DNA of 64,000 bases from an uncultured virus (IMG/VR IMGVR_UViG_3300031760_000053) (lineage: Duplodnaviria; Heunggongvirae; Uroviricota; Caudoviricetes), in IMG/VR virus record IMGVR_UViG_3300031760_000053; one strand, given 5' to 3'. Of this stretch, positions 7,403 through 16,648 are shown piece after piece. The stretch's first letter is position 1; each line of letters begins with the position of its first letter. Position numbers and translations under genes: made by a program. The notes beneath the pieces are model-generated. The model was not told the origin of the DNA and searched no databases. It saw only the letters and a program-made list of their open reading frames with translations.

Positions 7403-9016
7403 TCAATTCTCCTTCTCTGTTAGAACAACCATTGCTTTCCATAAATCATCTTTCCAGTAACCCCAGTTACATCCAACGTCACATTCAACTTTCATCGGAA
7501 TCTTCAATTTCTCTTTATAAGATTCCGTCATTATCTTGACGAGTTCTTTTGCAGCTTCCACACCTGCTCTCGTTTTCGGTATAGAAAAATCTAACTCGTC
7601 GTGTTCTGTCAGATGAAATGTTAACTCATTAAACACCCCTTTAGCATAAGCTGTTATAATGCTTTGCTTTATGATGTCCGCAGCACTTCCTTGCAATAGA
7701 TGGTTTAACATCTTATACATAGGACGTTCCATTTTGTTCGTCATAGGATTGTATTCTTCTGGCGGTAAATATATTTTTCTACCACCTAAAGTCTTTACAT
7801 ATCCATTCTTTAAGGCAATCTTTTCAACAGCAGCCATTGTATCTTTTATCGCAGGGAACTTCTTATGATAAAGCGTATACAGTTGAAAAGCATACTGCTC
7901 TGCTGTTACACCATTTTCCTCTGCTTTTTTAGAAAACAGCTCATAGTTATTTACAAGTGCTGTTCTCCAACCCATTCCATAAATAGCACCATAGTTAAAT
8001 GGTTTAACCATATCCCTAGATTCTATACCTGTTAATGCCATTGCTACGTTATGAAAATCCACACCTGCAAGGGCTTGCTCTCTAAGCCATTTAGCCTGTG
8101 AACCGCAAGCATAATTACAAAGTAGCAAGTACTCTATTTGTGAATAGTCAGCTGCTCCAAAGTAGCAATCTTCCTCAGGAATAAATAACGACCTTACTCT
8201 CTTTCCATAAGGAATTCCAAATACTTTCTTTCTAGCAGGTATGCTTTGCAAGTTCGGACTGTTACAAGAAAATCTACCAGTGACAGCCCCTACAGGATTG
8301 AATACACAATGTATTCTTCCATCATCTTTTATGTTGCTTTTGATAGACCCTCTTAAAGTTGTTAGCAAAGTGTCGTAAGTTCTAAACTCTCCTAACATTC
8401 TTATCACAGGATACCTTGTCAAACGTATCATAGCAGCTTCATTCCAACTCTCCGCTCCGTTTGCGGTCTTTATCTCGGAATGAATCCCTAAGCAGTTTAG
8501 TGTTGTACCCAGCTGCTTAGAACTTTTTATAATTTCTGGTGTTAGACCATACTCAGAAAGCCTTGTAATAGTTCCGTAGTAATGCTCTTCAACTTCCCCA
8601 ATCAACTTATCCAGCTCTTCTGTATCAATTCTAACACCTGTCTTTCTTACTTGTAGCATTATAGAATTAAGAGCTGTGTCTATAGCAAACGGCTCTATAG
8701 GCATATCTGCTAAATTCTGTGTGTAGTAGTTGTATATATCAGCTGCTGTATTTACTCTCAACAGTTCGTTTTTGTAAGCAGCCATTACTTTTACATCTAC
8801 TATATCGCCTTGTACATCTACACCGTTCTCTGCATACAAAGCTCCAATGTCTTTTATTCCGTAGACAACTTTTGTAAACTCTATATTGCCCATCACTTCT
8901 AGGAACACTTTCCACTGAGGTGTTCCTAGTTTATACTGTCTACAAGCCTTGTCGTTGTAGACAGTTATTGTAGTGGGTGTTTCAAAGAACAACGCCACAG
9001 GTCTTCTCATTCGCAA
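7403..9016 (-). CDS. polA: family A DNA polymerase with degenerate 3'-5' exonuclease region
   Basis: TGRFSCNSPNLQSIP, motif A ADYSQIE, motif B RDMVKPFNYGAIYG, QGSAADIIK, motif C HDE. Confidence 0.95.
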   Translation of the reverse strand: MRMRRPVALFFETPTTITVYNDKACRQYKLGTPQWKVFLEVMGNIEFTKVVYGIKDIGALYAENGVDVQGDIVDVKVMAAYKNELLRVNTAADIYNYYTQNLADMPIEPFAIDTALNSIMLQVRKTGVRIDTEELDKLIGEVEEHYYGTITRLSEYGLTPEIIKSSKQLGTTLNCLGIHSEIKTANGAESWNEAAMIRLTRYPVIRMLGEFRTYDTLLTTLRGSIKSNIKDDGRIHCVFNPVGAVTGRFSCNSPNLQSIPARKKVFGIPYGKRVRSLFIPEEDCYFGAADYSQIEYLLLCNYACGSQAKWLREQALAGVDFHNVAMALTGIESRDMVKPFNYGAIYGMGWRTALVNNYELFSKKAEENGVTAEQYAFQLYTLYHKKFPAIKDTMAAVEKIALKNGYVKTLGGRKIYLPPEEYNPMTNKMERPMYKMLNHLLQGSAADIIKQSIITAYAKGVFNELTFHLTEHDELDFSIPKTRAGVEAAKELVKIMTESYKEKLKIPMKVECDVGCNWGYWKDDLWKAMVVLTEKEN

Positions 9017-9360
9017 GCTCCTTTAAGAACCTTTTGCTGTTTGTAAATCTTTTCGATAAAAGAACGCGCCCCTTCTATAAGCAACTCATCTCTGCTTCCA
9101 AACCTGTATATATCTCGAACCCATAAAATAGATTCTGAGTTTCTGTTTCCTCCACATCGAACCAGTCCGTAGCTATCTGGACGAGAAGTATCAATCACTG
9201 CGACTTGATACATACGCATTGCATAAGCATCTATAATGTCTTGCTGAAAAAAATGATACCAGTTGTATACAGGAACTACAACATCTCCAAGCTCAACACA
9301 TCTTGAATCAAAATGTGTAATACAATTTTCTCTGATAAACCCTTTATCATTAACCAGCAT
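9007..9360 (-). CDS. hypothetical protein
   Basis: ORF with GGAGG RBS. Confidence 0.6.
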   Translation of the reverse strand: MLVNDKGFIRENCITHFDSRCVELGDVVVPVYNWYHFFQQDIIDAYAMRMYQVAVIDTSRPDSYGLVRCGGNRNSESILWVRDIYRFGSRDELLIEGARSFIEKIYKQQKVLKGACE

Positions 9361-9733
9361 TTGAAACCTCCGTTAATACCACAGTTTGTTGATATAATTT
9401 TTTGAATGTCACAGACCTTTCGTATCTTCCGATTTTTTCTAAGTGTCCATTTACACGGATAGAATCTTTATGAATTCCCTCTGGTGTCCAATCTTCGGAT
9501 TGATAGATAGCTTTGAAGCCATATAATTTCCTTGCCATACGATTCAAGAAAACCAATTCCTTAAAAGTTATAGCACGATTTATGTCGGATGTGAAGTAGT
9601 AGAAGTCAGTGTATCCTGTAGAACTTCTAGCAAGGTACTCTCCTTTTTCATTTCTTATAGCATACAAAAAAGGAAGTCTTTTAGAAATCTCACTTGAGAG
9701 TTCCTTTTTATCCTCTATCTCTATCTCTTTCAT
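9350..9733 (-). CDS. hypothetical protein
   Basis: start moved to MKEIEI (AGGGG RBS). Confidence 0.6.
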   Translation of the reverse strand: MKEIEIEDKKELSSEISKRLPFLYAIRNEKGEYLARSSTGYTDFYYFTSDINRAITFKELVFLNRMARKLYGFKAIYQSEDWTPEGIHKDSIRVNGHLEKIGRYERSVTFKKLYQQTVVLTEVSNAG

Positions 9734-9748
9734 GTTATACCCCTTTGC

Positions 9749-9796
9749 AAAAAAAAATAGGGTCAAAACTCAACCTTTTTATCGGTTGAGTTTTGA
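9749..9796 (-). terminator. intrinsic terminator after ssb
   Basis: 13-bp stem tcaaaactcaacc/ggttgagttttga with T9 tract on the - strand. Confidence 0.7.
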
Positions 9797-9800
9797 ACGT

Positions 9801-10223
9801 TTAGAACGGAATATCTTCCCCGTCTTCCATCGTGTACTCTGGAGCAGATTCCTGTGGCTCTTCTACCTTCTTTGCAGCAGGTACTGCAGGTGCTGCATCT
9901 CCATCTTTCTTACTTCCCAGCAGTTGAAATGACAGAACATCAACAACCAAGTCTGTGTGCTGCGTTCCGTTCTGACTTGACCAACTACTAGTAGATAACT
10001 CACCAGAGCCGCCTACTAACTGTCCTTTCTTACAGTATTCAACAACCTTTGCACCACGCTCACCCCATTGCTGAACCTTTAAGAAAGTTGTCTTAGCGTA
10101 CTGTCCATAGCCTGTATTAACAGCTACGTTCATTGTTAGCAGCCCCTTGCCTGTTGACAAGACCTTGTACACAGCATCGGCAGTCAATCGACCTGTAAAG
10201 GTCATAACGTTTATATCAGCCAT
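9801..10223 (-). CDS. ssb: single-stranded DNA-binding protein
   Basis: INVMTFTGRLTADA, KKGQLVGGSGEL OB fold; acidic tail EDIPF. Confidence 0.93.
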   Translation of the reverse strand: MADINVMTFTGRLTADAVYKVLSTGKGLLTMNVAVNTGYGQYAKTTFLKVQQWGERGAKVVEYCKKGQLVGGSGELSTSSWSSQNGTQHTDLVVDVLSFQLLGSKKDGDAAPAVPAAKKVEEPQESAPEYTMEDGEDIPF

Positions 10224-10815
10224 TCTTTCTTATTCCCATTGTACCAAAAGTTTCTTCGATTACTTTCGCAACCCTTCTTGCAGCTTCTTCATTGCCAACC
10301 TTTACTCTGACAGTGATTACACCTTTTTCTTTGACTTCTTCTTTGTCTTCATTGCTCTCTTCTTTGTAAGGTGACTCGCAGTTCTTCTTAATATCCTCAG
10401 GACATCCTTCGCACGACTCCCGTGTTGTGTCTACCCCAATGTCTTCAAGTGGGTTAGAGTGGAAATGACGTTTGAAGAAAGCATCTCTCAAAGCATCAAA
10501 ATCAACAGTCCCCTTAGGTTCTGATTCTTTTACCTTCTGTTGGTCGAACCAGTCACAGAACAAAGCGTTTACAGCAACGTGATACAGATGCGGCAAACCA
10601 CTTTCTTTGTCTGTAAACTCACCCTCTGTCCAAGCAGCAAGATGTCTACGCAATGCAGAATAGTATCTCTCGCTGCCGTGCTTGACCTGCTGCCAAGTAT
10701 TCTTGCCATACTTCTTTGCACCAAAAGCGAGTACCAATGCCAATGCTCTCTCGAAAGAAGCTGGCACTACATCATATCTCAGTTTCTCTGCATCGTCTTT
10801 GTTTGTTGTTTCCAA
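10216..10815 (-). CDS. dATP/dGTP diphosphohydrolase-domain protein (DUF5664)
   Basis: KDDAEKLRYD...FGAKKYGKNTW...SALRRHL...DKESGLPHLYH. Confidence 0.85.
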   Translation of the reverse strand: METTNKDDAEKLRYDVVPASFERALALVLAFGAKKYGKNTWQQVKHGSERYYSALRRHLAAWTEGEFTDKESGLPHLYHVAVNALFCDWFDQQKVKESEPKGTVDFDALRDAFFKRHFHSNPLEDIGVDTTRESCEGCPEDIKKNCESPYKEESNEDKEEVKEKGVITVRVKVGNEEAARRVAKVIEETFGTMGIRKNG

Positions 10816-10861
10816 AATAAACTCCTATAATCTAGGCGGGTTTCCCCGCCTTTTATTTTCC

Positions 10862-11620
10862 TTACTCGATAGCCATCTCTGCAAGGGCTGAACTGTCATC
10901 TGCTGTATCTGCAGGTGGGTTCTCGTCTGTTTCCTCTGGAGCAGAAAGTGCAATCATATCTGCACTTCTTACCATTTCAATCTGCGGTTTCAAAGAGTTC
11001 ACGAACAAGTCCTTAGTGATAGGACTCCCCTTCTCAACACGAACCAACTGATAGACCTTACTGCCCTGCTTAGTCTTTACGACATCGCTTACGAGTTTCC
11101 AAGTATATCCAAAGATTGGGAAGCGACGACCATCAGGCATAATCTGTGAGTGCATCTGCTTGTTCCAATTCTTCAACGTCTTCATATTGCCTACAGGCGG
11201 ATTGTACAAAAGCGTGCCAAGCTCAGGATGGTCTGCGATTGAAAGAGCATACATAAACAGCTCTACAATCTCGTTACCACTCTGCGGATTGTACATCTTT
11301 GGGAACTGGTTCGCTGCGTTCTTTGGTGGCAACACCTTCTTGACTTCGATAGAGTTAGGTGCGTAACGTGCAACTGTCTTGCCTGTTACAGGCTCTTTCT
11401 CACACCACACTGTAGTGAAATCAAGAACAACAACCTTGACCTCTTTGCCGAATACATCGCCAGAAGAACTGCATCTCCACTGTCCAGCTTCGATACCCTG
11501 CTCAACCAATTCACTTGTTGGCTGTACCAATGAAAGATATGCAGATGACATCTCATTAGCTGTCATCGAATCAAAACCCTGACCTGCATACTCTGAAAGA
11601 AAATTTTCCTGTGTGTCCAT
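10862..11620 (-). CDS. conserved phage replication protein, putative ssDNA-binding/annealing
   Basis: AGQGFDSM...LSLVQPTS N-terminus, acidic C-terminal tail; family commonly near primase-helicase genes; alternative start 11635. Confidence 0.6.
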   Translation of the reverse strand: MDTQENFLSEYAGQGFDSMTANEMSSAYLSLVQPTSELVEQGIEAGQWRCSSSGDVFGKEVKVVVLDFTTVWCEKEPVTGKTVARYAPNSIEVKKVLPPKNAANQFPKMYNPQSGNEIVELFMYALSIADHPELGTLLYNPPVGNMKTLKNWNKQMHSQIMPDGRRFPIFGYTWKLVSDVVKTKQGSKVYQLVRVEKGSPITKDLFVNSLKPQIEMVRSADMIALSAPEETDENPPADTADDSSALAEMAIE

Positions 11621-11781
11621 AATTGACACCCCCATAATAATATATGTTCGGTCTATGACCTATAGCAAGAATAGGAGTCGGACCTATTATAAAAATTATA
11701 AAAACTTTTACTTACCGAACTTGCTACCGAGTACAGATGATGACTAACACAAAAAAACAACTTCGCTTGTTTTCGTTTTGT

Positions 11782-11824
11782 ATTATATCACACTTCAAAA
11801 ACTTTTTTCAATATTCCCGTGAAT
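11782..11824 (-). promoter_or_regulatory. promoter with upstream TTCACGGGAATA box
   Basis: - strand ATTCACGGGAATA-TTGAAA-18 bp-TATAAT with extended -10 TG. Confidence 0.65.
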
Positions 11825-11827
11825 GTT

Positions 11828-12307
11828 TCAAAAGAATCTGATTATCTTTTGTTTTATAGATGCGTATACTCCATCTGTGATACACAAGTTTCTCATCTCA
11901 TCTTTCGTAAGAAATACCCAAGTGCCAATGTCCTGAGCCTTTTCCAACAAATCTGTAGGCACAAATGATAACCACTGTCCCCTTTGAAACATCGTTGGAA
12001 TACCACTTTTAACTATAATGGTAAACTCTTCGATACGGAACTTTCCGCTGCCGCAAATCTTAGAAAGCATTTGTTGGTATCCACTTGTCATTCCCAGAGA
12101 TGCCGTCGATATAAATGGAAACACTTGAATATTCTTTATCGGTGAGCGTGTAGGTGTATTCGTAACTCGATACAAAATATCTTTTTTATACGAATGTTCA
12201 CCTGATATGACAGTGCTAATACTGTCTACGTCTTTCCAAAACTCTCTCATATCTGCAAGATATGGAAGCAATCTTGCAGATAATAAATACTCAGAATCAT
12301 TCATCAT
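11828..12307 (-). CDS. hypothetical protein
   Basis: ORF coupled to the primase-helicase. Confidence 0.6.
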   Translation of the reverse strand: MMNDSEYLLSARLLPYLADMREFWKDVDSISTVISGEHSYKKDILYRVTNTPTRSPIKNIQVFPFISTASLGMTSGYQQMLSKICGSGKFRIEEFTIIVKSGIPTMFQRGQWLSFVPTDLLEKAQDIGTWVFLTKDEMRNLCITDGVYASIKQKIIRFF

Positions 12308-14876
12308 TATGTCCTCTCTCGTCTACGTCTGCATCTATCGTTGCAATCAACGGGCAATGCTCTCTGGTCAACCAATAGTTTATCTGACTTGGCTGTTTAT
12401 ATCCCTTTAATCCATTAGGAATAATATCGTGCCATAACTCATCGTGCGTTAATCCTAAAGACCGTAGCAATCTATATGCAGGGAAGAACAATCTCTGTCT
12501 ATCCCCATCATACTTTTGGTCACTCCAGAAGTTTCCTGTAGACACAGCTTCTGCAGCTTCTTTGAACTCAGGTCTTGTTGGATACAAAGGCTTTCCTCTA
12601 AACTGTTCCAACTTACTCAAAGGTCTTGCACACCACTGAGCATACAAGTTCCGCCATTCAAAGTCGTATACGTTATTCCAATTCTCACAGATAAGTTTTT
12701 GTTTACCTGTAATCTGTAAACCGTACTTAGACGTATATCGTTCTAACTCTAACGGACTGCGTGTCAATCTTGCAGGGTCTGAGCATTGGCTATCAAACAA
12801 TAGCTTGTCTGATAAGTTCAACGATAGATAAGCGTGTAGCCATTTGTACTCATCGATGTTGCTTGGCTCATCTTTTACTCTTACTAAGAAATGATAGCTC
12901 TTTGCACCAGAGTACACAATGCGTGCAACCTTGCCTTCATCATACAATCTTTGACCTTCTTTCAACGCAAGCTCAAGTCTTTCTTTGTACAAGATTTCTG
13001 CATCTATACCGTAGTCTTCCCCATAGTTTGCTGCATACTCCAATGCTCTCTTTTGTTCTTGCTTGATGATAACGTCTGTTGTTTCATCACTCTCGAACAA
13101 AAACGTATCAAGGTATGCAACATTCGCAGTCTTGTTCTTTAGAGATGTAGTGCCAGGCTTCATCTCATTTACTGTTTCAAAGCACCCCATAGGGTCTACC
13201 TTGAAGTTGTCGTTGACTCTAAGTCTTTCTCCTTGACGTTCTGCTTTTTGTGGCAATGCTTTTAGCATAGGCTTAATGTCTAACTTAGGTATTTGTACCT
13301 GAGGGACATCTTCTATCCTACAAAGTTTTATTGTAGGAGCTTTCTTATATCGACCTTGCAGTTTACTAAAGCCCCACGCCAACGGTTCTGTGTCAGGAAC
13401 TACCGCTAATCCGTGAGAAGTCTTTAACCACTCAGCACAATCTAGCATAGTTCTCTCTACTACAGCGTGAGAAAAAGGTTTATGAGTTCCTACTTCAAAG
13501 AATACCAACGGTCTACACAATGCTACATAAGCAGCCCTGCCACCATACGCTGGCATTACTTCTATAGCATTTACGTTTTCCACTATATCTGATAAGTAGC
13601 TACCGCCAATATCAGATACCAATGTATTCTTCTCAAGCGATGCTCTTAGGAACGGAGCAAGTGAACGCATAATGCTTTCAATCTCTGTCGCTTCGTTCGT
13701 TCTCGGCAAACTAAAGCAACGTTTATATGCAGGTGTCTTAGGAAAGTTTCTCAAAGATACCTGAGCCAGAGCTTCGTTACTAAAAAGCTCGTGCTTAAAC
13801 TGTGCAATAAGTTCTCTGTCTTCAACAAAAGGTTTCCCTACTGGGTGATAGTTAGCATCAAAACCATACAGCTTTGAAAACACCTCGTCTGCCAGCGCAC
13901 TCTTTTTCCTCGTGAAGTTTTCATCTGCTTCCATAATCATAAATCGTCTTTGGTCTTCTCGACCGTCAAACTTTATCGGAACATCTTTATTTGTTGTTAC
14001 GATAAAGTCGGTATAGCTCTCTTGGTATATAGGGTCTATACCTTTCTGCTCTTTACGGATTGTCGTAGCAGTAGCTCTGCTCTTTAATGTACCTGCAGGA
14101 TTTCTCTTATCTGTTTCCTCTTTCTCTTCCTGACATACGATAAGAGCATCTGCATAGTCCGCATTAAATCTTGCACTACTGTCGTACTGGTCTGAAACAA
14201 TCACATTGTCCTTACCAAACAAACCTTTACAGATGACTTCTGCAAAGGTAGTTTTTCCTGAGCCTTGCGCTCTCGATACAATGATTGGTACTACCTGTGT
14301 CTTTATCGTTGGATACATCATCTTTGCTCTTAGCCAAGCAAGTAAGTGTAAAGTACACTCACCTGCTAGATGTTGTATGTAAGTATAGATATGGCTAGTA
14401 TCTCTCCCCGTTGCTTTTGCAAATACTGGAAAAGGCTTTGCAATATTAAAAGCATCTTTTTCTGCTGAGTAGTATCCTGTTGGTACACAATAGTTCCTGT
14501 AGTACAATGGCTTGTGAATACCATCGCCTTGTTCACCGTTGATACTAGCTCTGTTAAAATACTTGAACCCTTTTGGACTCCACGGTATTCTTGCAGGTTT
14601 CTTTTCTGTACCACCCATAGTGTACAATATCGTACCGTAATATTGTTCATAAGCGTGCGGTAACATTATCTCGCCTTTGTGAGATACACAAAGAAATTGG
14701 TGTGAGCTATTGCTAAACAATAGCTTGTCAAGGCAATGCTCACTCGCCCATTTCTCTAGCTCTTCTTGATTTTCAAATCCTTTATTTTCCTGTAAAGCTA
14801 AAGCGTTTTGTAATAGCAGCATCTGTTCCTGAGCTGCTTTGTATGTGTTGCCATAAACATCATCTTGTACTGACAT
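12297..14876 (-). CDS. helicase-primase: N-terminal SF3/DUF5906-type helicase, C-terminal AEP primase
   Basis: Walker A QGSGKTT, TTN motif C, RRF; then FLFESD, SGAKSYH and DPARLTRSP AEP motifs. Confidence 0.85.
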   Translation of the reverse strand: MSVQDDVYGNTYKAAQEQMLLLQNALALQENKGFENQEELEKWASEHCLDKLLFSNSSHQFLCVSHKGEIMLPHAYEQYYGTILYTMGGTEKKPARIPWSPKGFKYFNRASINGEQGDGIHKPLYYRNYCVPTGYYSAEKDAFNIAKPFPVFAKATGRDTSHIYTYIQHLAGECTLHLLAWLRAKMMYPTIKTQVVPIIVSRAQGSGKTTFAEVICKGLFGKDNVIVSDQYDSSARFNADYADALIVCQEEKEETDKRNPAGTLKSRATATTIRKEQKGIDPIYQESYTDFIVTTNKDVPIKFDGREDQRRFMIMEADENFTRKKSALADEVFSKLYGFDANYHPVGKPFVEDRELIAQFKHELFSNEALAQVSLRNFPKTPAYKRCFSLPRTNEATEIESIMRSLAPFLRASLEKNTLVSDIGGSYLSDIVENVNAIEVMPAYGGRAAYVALCRPLVFFEVGTHKPFSHAVVERTMLDCAEWLKTSHGLAVVPDTEPLAWGFSKLQGRYKKAPTIKLCRIEDVPQVQIPKLDIKPMLKALPQKAERQGERLRVNDNFKVDPMGCFETVNEMKPGTTSLKNKTANVAYLDTFLFESDETTDVIIKQEQKRALEYAANYGEDYGIDAEILYKERLELALKEGQRLYDEGKVARIVYSGAKSYHFLVRVKDEPSNIDEYKWLHAYLSLNLSDKLLFDSQCSDPARLTRSPLELERYTSKYGLQITGKQKLICENWNNVYDFEWRNLYAQWCARPLSKLEQFRGKPLYPTRPEFKEAAEAVSTGNFWSDQKYDGDRQRLFFPAYRLLRSLGLTHDELWHDIIPNGLKGYKQPSQINYWLTREHCPLIATIDADVDERGHNDE

Positions 14877-14886
14877 CTAAAACCTT

Positions 14887-15453
14887 CTACTGACTGATTT
14901 CTACAGTGGGTATCACTTGAAAGTGTATACACTTAGGTATGTCTTCCAGCGTGAACTGCTGCTGTCCTGTTGTTACTCCGATTCCATCCTTCAAAAACGC
15001 CTTTAGTTTTATTGTATTAACCGTCGTATTTTCTACATACGGTACACCATTCTTTTCTAGCAAGTCAATATCCATAGGCGATACACTTGCAGAATGTTCA
15101 ATAAGATGCTCACCATTATGAGTCTTTAACCAATCTGCAATAATCTTTCTGTCCTCAGGGTTCTTGTTAGGCTGACAATAGTAATTGTACTTTACCTTCA
15201 ACGACCCACCACCTGCAAGAGAAACAGAGTCCACTCCTGCAGCATACATCTGCTGGGGAACGACGACGTTCGCAAAGTGTTGAAATGCTTTCTTTGCCCT
15301 CTCGAACTCCTTTTCTTTTTTATCCATATCCTCTTGCAACTTTTTTAATTGCAAGCCTAGCTTAGAAAGATTGCTCAACACTTTCTTGTCTTGTGTTTCC
15401 AACCCGTCAAACATATAATCAAAGTTTTCCAATGATGTCCTCCAGCTGTTCAC
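14887..15453 (-). CDS. conserved phage replication-module protein
   Basis: coiled coil, VPQQMYAAGVDSVSL, WLKTHNGEHLI, VNTIKLKAFLKD pattern. Confidence 0.65.
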   Translation of the reverse strand: MNSWRTSLENFDYMFDGLETQDKKVLSNLSKLGLQLKKLQEDMDKKEKEFERAKKAFQHFANVVVPQQMYAAGVDSVSLAGGGSLKVKYNYYCQPNKNPEDRKIIADWLKTHNGEHLIEHSASVSPMDIDLLEKNGVPYVENTTVNTIKLKAFLKDGIGVTTGQQQFTLEDIPKCIHFQVIPTVEISQ

Positions 15454-15697
15454 CTCTGAGCTTGTCCAAACTTGCTCTTATGTTCTTTGCCGTTTCATCA
15501 GCACTCACATCTAAGCCCTTGAACAAAAGGTTCATAACTCCGTCAACCAATTTCCAATCCAAGCTGTCATCTTCTGACTGGGCAGAAATAGCTGAACATA
15601 CTTCATACATTACATCCGTAATGATGCCAACTTCTTTGTCGCAGATTTTCTGAATCTGCTCTCTTACCTTCGATTGTATCTCAAGTTTGTCTATCAT
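15419..15697 (-). CDS. hypothetical protein
   Basis: ORF, AAGGAG RBS. Confidence 0.6.
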   Translation of the reverse strand: MIDKLEIQSKVREQIQKICDKEVGIITDVMYEVCSAISAQSEDDSLDWKLVDGVMNLLFKGLDVSADETAKNIRASLDKLRGEQLEDIIGKL

Positions 15698-15718
15698 TAT
15701 GAGAACTCCTTACCATAA

Positions 15719-16033
15719 TCATAAACCATAACCAGACGATTTTATCATATTCACGGTAATATCTTTTCGCCTACGCTCTATGATAGGTAAAAGCTCTTTC
15801 TGTTTCTTTGTCATTTTATCTGTTCTCTTCGTCCCTTCATAATACCAGAACATCTTTTCTTCTATAAGAGGTGCTGTTATATACATATATAAACAGTACC
15901 ACTTATACTCAGGAGTATGTATTGACAAGCTGTTCCTGCTACAAGAACCCCTCGGAGAATACTTCCACAACTGCCACGACTGCACTTCTTGTTTGTCGTT
16001 TCTTGCTTTTATTATTTCTCGCCATTCAATCAT
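15719..16033 (-). CDS. hypothetical protein
   Basis: ORF with ATGA coupling. Confidence 0.55.
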   Translation of the reverse strand: MIEWREIIKARNDKQEVQSWQLWKYSPRGSCSRNSLSIHTPEYKWYCLYMYITAPLIEEKMFWYYEGTKRTDKMTKKQKELLPIIERRRKDITVNMIKSSGYGL

Positions 16034-16371
16034 TGCTCCCTCTCTCGTCTTGCCATCTCTGTAAAGACTTCATTAAACTTTTCAAACATCTGTGACAGAG
16101 CTTCGTCTAACTGATTCTTGTCCAGCTTGTCCAGCTTGGGAAATAGATAATGCAAGAATGTATGTGTCATACTATTCAAACATATAAAATCTTTTGGATT
16201 ACCTATGTTTGTATAACCTTTGTTTGTTACATCAAGATGATGTAATTCCCAACCTCTCTGCAATGGCTCACCTGTAATGTAATCTACTCCACCAGATGCC
16301 TTCTTGCAGAGAAGTCTAAACTCTTGCCATTCCTTTGAATGTCTGAATCTAGCCTTCTCTATCTGTGTCAT
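16030..16371 (-). CDS. HNH endonuclease
   Basis: SKEWQEFR...WELHHLD...FICLNSMTHTFLH. Confidence 0.75.
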   Translation of the reverse strand: MTQIEKARFRHSKEWQEFRLLCKKASGGVDYITGEPLQRGWELHHLDVTNKGYTNIGNPKDFICLNSMTHTFLHYLFPKLDKLDKNQLDEALSQMFEKFNEVFTEMARREREQ

Positions 16372-16643
16372 TATTCACTCCACATCAATTCATTCCCGTT
16401 TAGGAATGAGTATTCCTTTGCGAGGACTTGATAGCTTATCAAGTTCTTATAACTTCCAACAGCAATTTTACCATCTCTAAAGCCGACAACTTCTTCGACT
16501 TTTCCTGTGGCATTGTTCAACAACCTGTAAGCCTTTATAGGCTTCTTAGGTTTTGTACTAGGCTTACGCAACTTGGGGATACCGTCTTTTATGAAAGCCG
16601 CAATGAACTCGTGTTCGTTCCTGAATGGTCTTAGCATAACCAT
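16371..16643 (-). CDS. hypothetical protein
   Basis: ORF, AAGGAG RBS. Confidence 0.6.
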   Translation of the reverse strand: MVMLRPFRNEHEFIAAFIKDGIPKLRKPSTKPKKPIKAYRLLNNATGKVEEVVGFRDGKIAVGSYKNLISYQVLAKEYSFLNGNELMWSE

Positions 16644-16648
16644 ACTCC

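Noticed and set aside
7403..10815. Z-genome or deazaguanine DNA modification system
   Set aside because: Only DUF5664 is present; no purZ, datZ, dpdA or que genes were recognised in the window.
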